This document shows, in pieces, positions 1-8,250 of a stretch of 64,000 nucleotides of DNA (its first letter is position 1; each line of letters opens with the position of its first letter). This stretch comes from an uncultured Clostridium sp. (GTDB taxonomy: Bacteria; Bacillota; Clostridia; TANB77; CAG-508): contig URZW01000002.1 in the NCBI GenBank assembly GCA_900552555.1, positions 82,002-146,001 on the forward strand, written 5' to 3'. The notes under the pieces are model-generated. The model searched no databases, was not told the origin of the DNA, and saw only the letters and a list, made by a program, of their open reading frames with translations. A program made the position numbers and the translations under genes.

Positions 1-1239
1 TTAATAATAGACGAAGAGCACAGATTTGGTGTAAAAGCAAAAGAAAAAATAAAACAGTACAAATCAAATATAGATGTTTTAACAATGACTGCAACACCAA
101 TACCAAGAACAATGCATATGTCAATAGTTGGAATAAGAGATATGTCAGTAATTTACGAACCACCTCACAACAGAAAACCAGTTCAAACTTATGTATTGGA
201 ATATGACCAAGAGGTTATAAAAGAGGCAATAACAAAAGAACTTGAAAGAGATGGTCAAGTATTTTATATTTATAACAGAGTAGATACAATACAGAAAAAG
301 GCAGACGAAATATCAAGACTTGTACCAGAGGCAACTGTAAGTTATGCACACGGACAAATGACAGGAAATCAAATAGAAGAAATAATGCAAGACTTTATTG
401 AAAAAAAATCGAATGTTTTAGTATGTACAACAATATTAGAATCAGGAATTGATATAGCAAATGCAAACACAATTATAGTAGAACATGCAGACAGAATGGG
501 ACTTGCAGCATTATATCAAATTCGTGGTAGAGTCGGAAGGTCAGACAGGCAAGCATATGCATACATCACATATAGAAAAGACAAAATACTTTCAGAAGAA
601 GCAGACAAGAGACTTAAAGCAATAAAAGAATTCACAGAATTTGGTTCAGGATTCAAAATAGCAATGAGAGACCTAGAAATCAGAGGAGCAGGAAGCATAC
701 TTGGAGAAATACAATCAGGTCACCTAGAACAAGTAGGATATGACACATATTGCACACTACTAGACGAAGTAGTAAAAGAAATGCAAGGTGTAGAGGTAGA
801 GCCAGAAATAGACATACAAATAGACTTAAATGTAACAAGTTATATACCAGATGAATACATACCAGACTCAGCACAAAAAATAGAAGTATATCAAAACATA
901 GCATTATGCAAAAAAGAAGAAGACATCCAAAATGTTGTAGACGAAATCATAGACAGATTTGGAAATATGCCTGCTGAATTAGAAAACTTATTAGATATTG
1001 CAAGAATAAAATTCTTGGCAAAACCATTTGCAATAAGTAAAATTGCAAGTAAAAGAACTGCCGTTGTATTTACTTTTGAACAAAGTAAATATGAAATTGA
1101 TTTACAAAATTTGATTAAAGCATATGGTAATAGAATCAAATTTTCACCAGGTATTAAGACTATGATTACATTAGATATTGGAACAACAAATGAAAGACAA
1201 ATTTTAAGTGATGTAACAGAATTTTTGAAAGGGATTTAG
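1..1239 (+). CDS. mfd: Transcription-repair coupling factor Mfd, C-terminal part (5' end lies outside the window)
   Basis: Translation from base 1 reads LIIDEEHRFGV...TATPIPRT, a helicase C-terminal motif set followed by a TRCF-type C-terminal domain. Stop at 1237-1239. Confidence 0.9.
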   Translation, partial: LIIDEEHRFGVKAKEKIKQYKSNIDVLTMTATPIPRTMHMSIVGIRDMSVIYEPPHNRKPVQTYVLEYDQEVIKEAITKELERDGQVFYIYNRVDTIQKKADEISRLVPEATVSYAHGQMTGNQIEEIMQDFIEKKSNVLVCTTILESGIDIANANTIIVEHADRMGLAALYQIRGRVGRSDRQAYAYITYRKDKILSEEADKRLKAIKEFTEFGSGFKIAMRDLEIRGAGSILGEIQSGHLEQVGYDTYCTLLDEVVKEMQGVEVEPEIDIQIDLNVTSYIPDEYIPDSAQKIEVYQNIALCKKEEDIQNVVDEIIDRFGNMPAELENLLDIARIKFLAKPFAISKIASKRTAVVFTFEQSKYEIDLQNLIKAYGNRIKFSPGIKTMITLDIGTTNERQILSDVTEFLKGI

Positions 1240-1280
1240 GGACGTTCCTTTTTCTCCCTTTTTGGAGGGATTAGGGGACA
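1231..1280. repeat. Short GC-rich intergenic repeat, family B (GGGATTTAGGGACGTTCCTT-N5-CCCTTTTT-N2-AGGGATTAGGGGACA); overlaps the mfd stop
   Basis: Nearly identical to the reverse complement of 63700-63752. Confidence 0.7.
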
Positions 1281-1350
1281 TTCTTTAAAATTATTTAGGT
1301 AATATTTTCTTACTGAACTGTAACGATATTTTCAAAAATTTGTTAATTAT

Positions 1351-1430
1351 GTCAGAGGGAACCTCCCTTTGACAGCAATGTTAAATAAATAAAAAAAGGT
1401 TGTCAAAAAGGGGCGTCCCTTTTGACAACT
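1351..1430. repeat. Family A palindromic repeats: variant GTCAGAGGGAACCTCCCTTTGACAG at 1351-1375 and GGTTGTCAAAAAGGGGCGTCCCTTTTGACAAC at 1398-1429
   Basis: Perfect inverted repeat with a GC-rich centre. Same unit recurs at 46022-46058 and 46097-46128. Confidence 0.7.
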
Positions 1431-1449
1431 TGCAAGTGGAGGCAAAAAT

Positions 1450-2241
1450 ATGCAAGTAATTACAAGTAAAGATAATGAATTTGTAAAATATGTAAAAAAA
1501 CTAAAAGAAAAAAAATACAGAGACCAAAGCCAGGAATTTATTATAGAAGGAATAAAATTAGTAAAAGAGGCAATTGAAGAAAAAGCAAATATCAAGCAAA
1601 TCATAATTTGTGACAATTGCGAAGATTCAGGAATAATTCCAAAAGACTTAATGTATGAGATTGCAAAATATAACTGTGTATATGTAACTGAAAATATATT
1701 AAAAACAATGTCAGATGTAAATGCACCACAAGGAATAATGGCAATAATAGGAAGAAACAACAATGAAAATAACATTGATTACAACCAAGACATAATAGTT
1801 GTATTAGATGATATACAAGATCCAGGAAATCTAGGAACAATACTTAGAACTGTTGATAGTATAGGACTAAATCAAATATTAGTATCAAAAAGAACAGCTG
1901 ACTGTTATAACCCAAAAGTTGTACGTTCAACAATGGGAGCAATTTTTAGAATTAAAATTATAGAATGTGCAGATTTAGAGCAAACACTAAAAGAAATACA
2001 AAAAAATAATTTTAAACTAGTTGTAAGTTCACTTCAAACAAACAATAGCTTATATGATATCAATTTTAATAAAAAAGTGATTATTATAGGAAATGAAGCA
2101 AAGGGTGTTGAACCTCAGATTCAAAAAATGGCAGATGAAAAAATAAAAATACCAATGCTTGGAAAGACAGAAAGTTTGAATGCATCAGTTGCGACAGGAA
2201 TAATTTTGTATGAGTATGTAAGACAAAAGATTAATAATTAA
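1450..2241 (+). CDS. TrmH/SpoU-family RNA 2'-O-methyltransferase (RlmB-like)
   Basis: Motifs GNLGTILRTVDSIGL, IIGNEAKGV and LNASVATGIILYE. ATG at 1450. Confidence 0.8.
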   Translation: MQVITSKDNEFVKYVKKLKEKKYRDQSQEFIIEGIKLVKEAIEEKANIKQIIICDNCEDSGIIPKDLMYEIAKYNCVYVTENILKTMSDVNAPQGIMAIIGRNNNENNIDYNQDIIVVLDDIQDPGNLGTILRTVDSIGLNQILVSKRTADCYNPKVVRSTMGAIFRIKIIECADLEQTLKEIQKNNFKLVVSSLQTNNSLYDINFNKKVIIIGNEAKGVEPQIQKMADEKIKIPMLGKTESLNASVATGIILYEYVRQKINN

Positions 2242-2378
2242 TTATAATATTTATGAGTAATTTTATTAATATGTAATTATTTAAATTAAAAAAGTTGTAA
2301 TAATACAAATAAAAATCGACAAAATAATAAAAAATGCAACAAAATTCTACAAAGAAATTTTACGAAAAATTATAATTT

Positions 2379-2419
2379 AGGTAACAATTGAAAAAGTAAT
2401 TGCAATTGTTACCTTTTTA
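2379..2419 (+). terminator. Rho-independent terminator (GGTAACAATTG...CAATTGTTACC + TTTTT)
   Basis: 11-bp perfect stem followed by a T-run, downstream of the TrmH-family gene. Confidence 0.7.
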
Positions 2420-2590
2420 TGTTACTATAAAAACAGATAAATTTTTTCGAAAAAATAGATTTAAAATTATTTCAAGTTTAATTAATCATCTTATAAAAAA
2501 ATATATTAAAATCAGATATTAAAATTATAATTCAATTTAATACCCTACATAATTTATTATATTTTAAGATTTGTATAGAAAGGAGGCCAT

Positions 2591-3226
2591 ATGATATATT
2601 TCTCCTATAATGATTTCATGGATTGTGAGCAAAATGGAGAAAATAACGGAGTAAAAAGAATTGGAGAAGAAATTGTAAAATATGAAATAAAAAATAGTGA
2701 AAAAACAATAGATAAATCACCAATTATAGAAGTTATAAAAGACAAAAAAGAACTTAAAAATTTTTTAGACGAATTTTTTAATTTAGATAATTTAATAGGG
2801 AATTATGATATTCAATATTGTAACAAAATAAAGGCAAAAACAGATAAAAATACCAACAATGTTATAATTTCCAAGATTCAAAATAAAGAAATTTTTATAG
2901 TTATTAAAGAGATAGAAAAAATTGATATAAACATTGCTTACAAAATGTTTGAACATTCATCAAACCTGATAAAACAGTGGAATCAAAATAAGGGATTACA
3001 AAAGACAAGAAATCCAATTGTAATACCTATAGTTATATATACAGGAAAGCAAAAATGGGAAAACTCAAAAAACAAAAAATACAACAAGATAAATTACATA
3101 GAATATTCAGATAACAAAATAAAATTTTCTTATAATATGCTAAAAATAAACGAATTGGATAACTTAAATTTAAAAAATAAAAAATCAAAAGTTCTAAAAA
3201 CAATTATGAAAATTAAAAATATCTAA
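2591..3226 (+). CDS. Rpn/YhgA-like (Transposase_31, PD-(D/E)XK) family protein, N-terminal nuclease-domain-like and probably truncated
   Basis: IAYKMFEHSS...PIVIPIVIYTGKQKW resembles the RpnA motifs mafRLmrY and PLVVPLLFYHGE. Strong RBS (GAAAGGAGG). Lys/Asn-rich. Confidence 0.4.
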   Translation: MIYFSYNDFMDCEQNGENNGVKRIGEEIVKYEIKNSEKTIDKSPIIEVIKDKKELKNFLDEFFNLDNLIGNYDIQYCNKIKAKTDKNTNNVIISKIQNKEIFIVIKEIEKIDINIAYKMFEHSSNLIKQWNQNKGLQKTRNPIVIPIVIYTGKQKWENSKNKKYNKINYIEYSDNKIKFSYNMLKINELDNLNLKNKKSKVLKTIMKIKNI

Positions 3227-3351
3227 TTAAAAATTAGAAAATTAAATTGTAGGAACAATAAAAAATAAATATTTACGAATTAATTAAAAAATATTGACTT
3301 ATATCCGTATAGGTGATATATTTACAAACAAGGAAAAAGGAGGGAAGGTAG

Positions 3352-3696
3352 ATGTCACCAGATTATAGTGTTATTGGCAGAAGAATAAAAGAAGCTAGAA
3401 CAGAACAAAAGATGACTCAAGAAAATTTAGCAGATAGATTAGATATTTCAATTGCTTTTTTAAGTAGAGTAGAGACTGGTAAAGCACATGTGAATTTAAA
3501 GAGATTAACACAAATAGCAGAAATTTTAAATGTATCACCATCATATTTATTAACAGGTAGCAATACTACATCTAAAGATTATTTAAGAGAAGATTTTAGA
3601 ATTATTTTGGATAGATGTTCTCCTGAACAACAAAAGTTGATATATCAAATTTCAGAACTAATTAGTAAGACAAAATTTGAAAGTATAAATATTTAA
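3352..3696 (+). CDS. XRE-family HTH transcriptional regulator
   Basis: MTQENLADRLDISIAFLSRVETGK is an HTH_3 motif. RBS AAGGAGGGAAGG. Confidence 0.75.
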   Translation: MSPDYSVIGRRIKEARTEQKMTQENLADRLDISIAFLSRVETGKAHVNLKRLTQIAEILNVSPSYLLTGSNTTSKDYLREDFRIILDRCSPEQQKLIYQISELISKTKFESINI

Positions 3697-3699
3697 GAA

Positions 3700-3735
3700 A
3701 ATAGCAATAGCTTTAAAGCTATTACTATTTTTACA
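3700..3735 (+). terminator. Rho-independent terminator
   Basis: ATAGCAATAGCTTT/AAAGCTATTACTAT stem followed by TTTTT. Confidence 0.6.
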
Positions 3736-3835
3736 TTTCAAGCATTATACTTTACGAACTGTAATATAAAAATAAAGTAACCTATATTCTGAATTTTACA
3801 TAAAATATATTAGGATAAATAAAAGGAGGCAATTT

Positions 3836-4606
3836 ATGAAAAACATACTAGAAGTCAAAAATATAGGAAAAAAATACCAAAACAAAGAAGACGAAATACA
3901 AGCACTAAAAAATGTAAATTTCAGAATAAAAGAAGGAGAATTTGTAAGCATAATAGGACCAAGCGGATGCGGAAAATCAACACTACTATCAATAATAGCA
4001 GGTCTAGAAGAAAAAACAGAAGGAGAAATCTACATAGAAGGAGAAAAAGTCAGCGGAATATCACCCAAAATAGGATATATGCTACAAAGAGACTGTCTAT
4101 TAGAATGGAGAAATATATTAAGTAATACACTATTTGGGCTAGAAATAAAAGGAATAAAAACAAAAGAAAATATTGAATATGTAAAAGAGCTACTAAAAAA
4201 ATATAATTTATACGATTTCAAAAACAAATATCCATCAGAATTATCAGGAGGAATGAGGCAAAGAGTTGCGCTAATTAGAACACTTGCAGTAAAGCCCAAA
4301 ATATTACTTTTAGACGAAGCATTTTCAGCATTAGATTATCAAACAAGAATAATGGTAACAGAAGATATTTATACAATATTAAGAAAAGAAAAAATTACGG
4401 CACTAATCGTAACACATGACATATCAGAAGCAATAAGTATGTCAGACAGAGTGCTTGTATTAAGCAAAAGGCCCGGAACAATAAAAGATATCCACAAAAT
4501 TGATTTTGAAATGGAAAATAGAACACCAATAAATTGCAGACAAAGTCCTAAATTCAGCAGATATTTTGACTGCTTATGGAAGGAGCTTGGTGTAGATGAA
4601 AAATAA
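3836..4606 (+). CDS. ABC transporter ATP-binding protein (NitT/TauT, nitrate/sulfonate/bicarbonate-type importer)
   Basis: Walker A GPSGCGKST, signature LSGGMRQRV, Walker B LLLDEAFSALD. RBS AAAGGAGG. Confidence 0.9.
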   Translation: MKNILEVKNIGKKYQNKEDEIQALKNVNFRIKEGEFVSIIGPSGCGKSTLLSIIAGLEEKTEGEIYIEGEKVSGISPKIGYMLQRDCLLEWRNILSNTLFGLEIKGIKTKENIEYVKELLKKYNLYDFKNKYPSELSGGMRQRVALIRTLAVKPKILLLDEAFSALDYQTRIMVTEDIYTILRKEKITALIVTHDISEAISMSDRVLVLSKRPGTIKDIHKIDFEMENRTPINCRQSPKFSRYFDCLWKELGVDEK

Positions 4607-5388
4607 GATATCACAAGAAAGAAAAAAATATTTAAAAAAAGTAAAAAGAAAAAAATTGCTAGTAGTAGCCACTCAATTAACAATTTTAATAGGATTTTTA
4701 GTGATTTGGGAAGCCTTAGCAAACGCAAAAATAATAGACAGTTTTATAACAAGCCAACCAAGTAGAATATGGAGTACATTTACACATTTGACATCAAACG
4801 ATTTACTAAAACATGTAAAAGTAACAGTATATGAAACAATTGTAGGATTTGGACTTGGAACATTGATAGGAGTTGCTATTGCTATAATCTTATGGTGGTC
4901 TAAATTTTTGGCAAAAGTATCAGAGCCATTTTTAGTAGTACTGAACAGTTTGCCCAAAGTTGCACTTGGTCCAATAATCATAATTTGGGTCCGGATCAGG
5001 CACGCCAGCGATCATAACTATGGCAATTTTAATTTCCTTAATAGTTACTGTGCTAGAAATGCTAAATGGATATCTAAAAACTGACAAAGAAATAATCAAA
5101 ATGGCAAAAACTTTTAGTAGTACAAAACTGCAATTACTAACAAAAATAGTTATACCAGCAAATATTGGAACATTTATAAATTCTTTAAAAGTAAATATTG
5201 GACTTTCATTGGTTGGCGTAATATCCGGTGAGTTCTTGGTTTCAAAGGCAGGTTTAGGATATTTAATTGTATATGGTGGCCAGGTATTTAAACTTGATTT
5301 GGTTATGACAAGTGTTATTATTCTAGGAATTGTTGCAGGTGTTATGTATGGGGGAGTTTTATTGCTTGAAAAATTTATCCGAAAATAA
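4596..5388 (+). pseudogene. ABC transporter permease (SsuC/TauC-like), interrupted by a single-base frameshift near 4984-4990
   Basis: ORF 4596-5084 (frame 3) and ORF 5020-5388 (frame 1) together encode one permease. Deleting one T from ATTTGGG restores ...PIIIIGSGSGTPAIITMAILISLIVTVLE.... Confidence 0.7.
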
Positions 5389-5406
5389 TATTCTAGGAGG
5401 ACTATT

Positions 5407-6420
5407 GTGAAAAGAAAAATAATAATGTTAATTGTTATATTCTTAATAATTGCAATAATTGCAGGAATAGCAATATATCAAAAAAATAATAACAAAACAA
5501 ACAGTAATTCAACAGTAATAAAAATGAATGAAGTAACACGTTCCGTATTTTACGCACCACAATATGTAGCGATAAACAACGGATATTTTAAAGACTACAA
5601 CATAGAAATAGACTTAACAACAGGGCAAGGTGCAGATGCAGTAATGACATCAGTATTATCAGGCGAATCTCAAATTGGATTTGCAGGACCAGAAGCATCA
5701 ATATATGTATATAATGAAGGAAAAGAAGATTATACACAAGTATTTGCACAACTAACAAAAAGAGATGGCTCATTTTTAGTATCAAAAGAAAAAGTTGATA
5801 AATTTGATTGGAATATGTTAAAAGGAAAAACAGTAATACCAGGCAGAAAAGGTGGAGTTCCATATATGACATTAGAGTATGTAATCAAACAAAAAGGACT
5901 AACACCTGGAAAAGATTTAACACTAGATGATAGTATAAAATTCGATTTGATGGCAAGTGCTTTTACATCAGGAAGTGCTGACTATGTAACACTTTTTGAA
6001 CCAACTGCATCTAACATAGAAAAATTAGGCAAAGGTCATATTGTAGCATCAGTTGGAAAAGAAGCGGGGGAAATACCATATACAGCATATTTTGCAAAGA
6101 AAAGTTATATTGAAAATAATCAAACTACAATTCAAAACTTTACAAATGCAATTTACAAAGGACAAAAATGGGTTAAAGAGCATACTGCAAAAGAAATAGC
6201 GGAATCAATCAAAAATTTCTTCCCAGACACGGATATTGAACTTTTAACAACCGCAATTCAAAGTTACAAAAATATTGATGCTTGGAATGAAACTCCGGTT
6301 CTAAAACAAGAGAGTTTTGATAAGTTGCAAGAAGTTATGAGTTTAGCAGGAGAACTTAAGGTTAAGGCTCCTTATGATAAAATTGTTAATAATAAATATG
6401 CACAAGAAGCAATTAAATAA
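5407..6420 (+). CDS. ABC transporter substrate-binding protein (NMT1/THI5/SsuA-like), membrane-anchored by an N-terminal TM helix
   Basis: N-terminal hydrophobic anchor plus an SsuA/NMT1-like periplasmic-binding fold. Sits in an operon with the ATPase and permease. Confidence 0.75.
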   Translation: MKRKIIMLIVIFLIIAIIAGIAIYQKNNNKTNSNSTVIKMNEVTRSVFYAPQYVAINNGYFKDYNIEIDLTTGQGADAVMTSVLSGESQIGFAGPEASIYVYNEGKEDYTQVFAQLTKRDGSFLVSKEKVDKFDWNMLKGKTVIPGRKGGVPYMTLEYVIKQKGLTPGKDLTLDDSIKFDLMASAFTSGSADYVTLFEPTASNIEKLGKGHIVASVGKEAGEIPYTAYFAKKSYIENNQTTIQNFTNAIYKGQKWVKEHTAKEIAESIKNFFPDTDIELLTTAIQSYKNIDAWNETPVLKQESFDKLQEVMSLAGELKVKAPYDKIVNNKYAQEAIK

Positions 6421-6467
6421 AGATACTTAATAATAAAAATTTAATATAATCATTTTTTAATATTTAA

Positions 6468-6503
6468 AATGTGAAACTAAATAAAAAGTGTTTCACATTT
6501 TTC
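6468..6503 (+). terminator. Rho-independent terminator (TGTGAAAC...GTTTCACA + TTTTT)
   Basis: Perfect 8-bp stem plus T-run after the substrate-binding-protein gene. Confidence 0.7.
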
Positions 6504-6624
6504 AATTTTGAAATTTTTTTTTATTTTTTATTGCATAATTTACATAAAAATGATATAATATAAAAACAAAAATCTTTATTCCTGTTTTCAGGTTAACATA
6601 GATGCAACAAGTAAAAAACATATT

Positions 6625-7545
6625 TTGATGGAAAGGATGAGTGTTATGTTAAAAATTTTAGGATTAAGTTTTATTGGCGCATTAATTTGCACACTTATTA
6701 CGGTAGTAATAGGAGCAATTGCACGGAGAGATTGGGACGATATTATTGATAGGTTAAAATTTAACCTATGTTCTTTTATAATAGAGTTTATATGGATGGA
6801 CCTACTTCTCTATTTTTCTTGCAAACCATTTACATTAATTACTGTATTAATGTGGATGTGGCCGGCAGTACTAGCAAATATTTTAATTAGTGAGATTTTT
6901 TTTGTTGCCAGTAACAGAAACAGTGATTATGTAAGTCATTGTATATTAGTAGTCATATCAGGAATTGCATTACTGGCTTCTCTTTTTAGCCCTGTTCAGA
7001 ATCTGATTTATGTACATGATATGTCAAATACAGATGTATCATACGCAGTCTCATCAGACGAAATACTGGCAAAAGTTGAACTAAAAATCAATAACAGTGA
7101 TTGGAGAGACAAATATGATGTTGATTCTCCTGAAATGAGACAAGTGAAGGGAGAAAATATTGCTGTATATCATATTAAAGATAAACTGGCACAAAGTGCA
7201 GGCAGCAGTACAGAATACATTCCTGGATTTGCTATTCAGAAAGAAAATGAATTACCACAAATAGTATCAAAAAGGATATATTTTGATACATCGTATATCA
7301 ATAAAAGAGATGCATTAAGAACTGTAAGAAGAAAATATCAAACAGTTGTTATTGGAGCACACAAGTTTGATATAGATGATGACTACAATCCATATGAAAT
7401 CTTCGAGTACAGGGAAAATCTTTTTTCCACAAATGGAAAAGACTATGGCATTATTGTGCTTAATTTGATGGATGGAACATCGGAAAAATATCAAGTAGAA
7501 GAAATTCCGGACTGGGTAGATTTTAAAACAACATATCCAAGATAA
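6625..7545 (+). CDS. Hypothetical membrane protein (N-terminal TM segments, C-terminal soluble domain)
   Basis: Long ORF with hydrophobic N-terminus. No recognisable family. Confidence 0.5.
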   Translation: MMERMSVMLKILGLSFIGALICTLITVVIGAIARRDWDDIIDRLKFNLCSFIIEFIWMDLLLYFSCKPFTLITVLMWMWPAVLANILISEIFFVASNRNSDYVSHCILVVISGIALLASLFSPVQNLIYVHDMSNTDVSYAVSSDEILAKVELKINNSDWRDKYDVDSPEMRQVKGENIAVYHIKDKLAQSAGSSTEYIPGFAIQKENELPQIVSKRIYFDTSYINKRDALRTVRRKYQTVVIGAHKFDIDDDYNPYEIFEYRENLFSTNGKDYGIIVLNLMDGTSEKYQVEEIPDWVDFKTTYPR

Positions 7546-7562
7546 AAAAACATAACCAAACA

Positions 7563-7594
7563 TAAGGAGCCCAAGTTAGGCTCCTTATCATTTT
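7563..7594 (+). terminator. Rho-independent terminator (AAGGAGCC...GGCTCCTT + ATCATTTT)
   Basis: GC-rich 8-bp stem. Confidence 0.65.
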
Positions 7595-7644
7595 ATTATA
7601 AAAAAGTTTGACAAAGATAATAATGCTAATTTTTTTCTTTTAGG

Positions 7645-7676
7645 TGTCCCAAACAGAATCGTCATCAAAAGGACAT
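7645..7676. repeat. Intergenic repeat family D (TGTCCCAAACAGAAYCGTCMYCAAAAGGACAT)
   Basis: Reverse complement of 28029-28062 with about 3 mismatches. Ends ATGTCC/GGACAT are inverted. Confidence 0.7.
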
Positions 7677-7789
7677 TTTTTTGTCTAAAATATTGTAATC
7701 ACCAACAAAATATGATATAGTGAACAAAGAAAAAATTTGGAAACAAATTTAAAATTATACCAATATATAAAAAGTAAGGAGTGATACGA

Positions 7790-8236
7790 ATGATAGCATT
7801 AGGAGCAGACCACGGAGGATACAAATTAAAAGAAGAAATAAAAAAATACTTAAGTGAAAGCGGAATAGAATACAAAGACTATGGAACGGATTCAGAAGAA
7901 AGAACAGACTACCCAATATATGCCAAAAAAGTAGCAGAAGCAATACAAAAAAAAGAATGCGATTGCGGAATATTAGTATGCAGGTCAGGATATGGAATGA
8001 CAGTAGTAGCGAACAAATTTAAAGGAATAAGAGCAGCATCAATTCATGACCAAGAATCAGCAAAATATGCAAAAGCAGATGACGACATAAATGTAGTAAC
8101 ACTTGGAGGAGACTACTTAACAACAAATGAAGCAATTTGCATAATAAGAAATTGGTTAGGAACAGAATTTAAAGGTGGAAGATATGAAGAAAGACTGAAA
8201 ATGATAGAAGAAATAGAAAACAATAATATGAAATAA
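7790..8236 (+). CDS. rpiB: Ribose-5-phosphate isomerase B (RpiB/LacAB family)
   Basis: MIALGADHGGYKLKE...GILVCRSGYGMTVVANKF. ATG at 7790, 8 nt after AAGGAG (the ORF track used GTG at 7781). Confidence 0.9.
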   Translation: MIALGADHGGYKLKEEIKKYLSESGIEYKDYGTDSEERTDYPIYAKKVAEAIQKKECDCGILVCRSGYGMTVVANKFKGIRAASIHDQESAKYAKADDDINVVTLGGDYLTTNEAICIIRNWLGTEFKGGRYEERLKMIEEIENNNMK

Positions 8237-8250
8237 TTGGAGGAATACAT

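Noticed and set aside
516-1139. Three minus-strand ORFs (516-698, 680-904, 891-1139) inside mfd
   Set aside because: Antisense to a well-supported conserved gene. Leu/Ile/Phe-rich translations typical of AT-rich antisense frames. No RBS.
1347-1840. Minus-strand ORFs 1347-1775 and 1601-1840 overlapping the TrmH-family gene
   Set aside because: Antisense, low-complexity hydrophobic translation. Overlaps the repeat-containing intergenic region and a conserved gene.
3700-3835. Looked for a TPP or other riboswitch ahead of the NMT1/THI5-type ABC importer operon
   Set aside because: No CUGAGA/ACCUGAUCUGGAUAAUGCCAGCG-like TPP core, and no other recognisable riboswitch consensus. Only a terminator and a promoter-like region.
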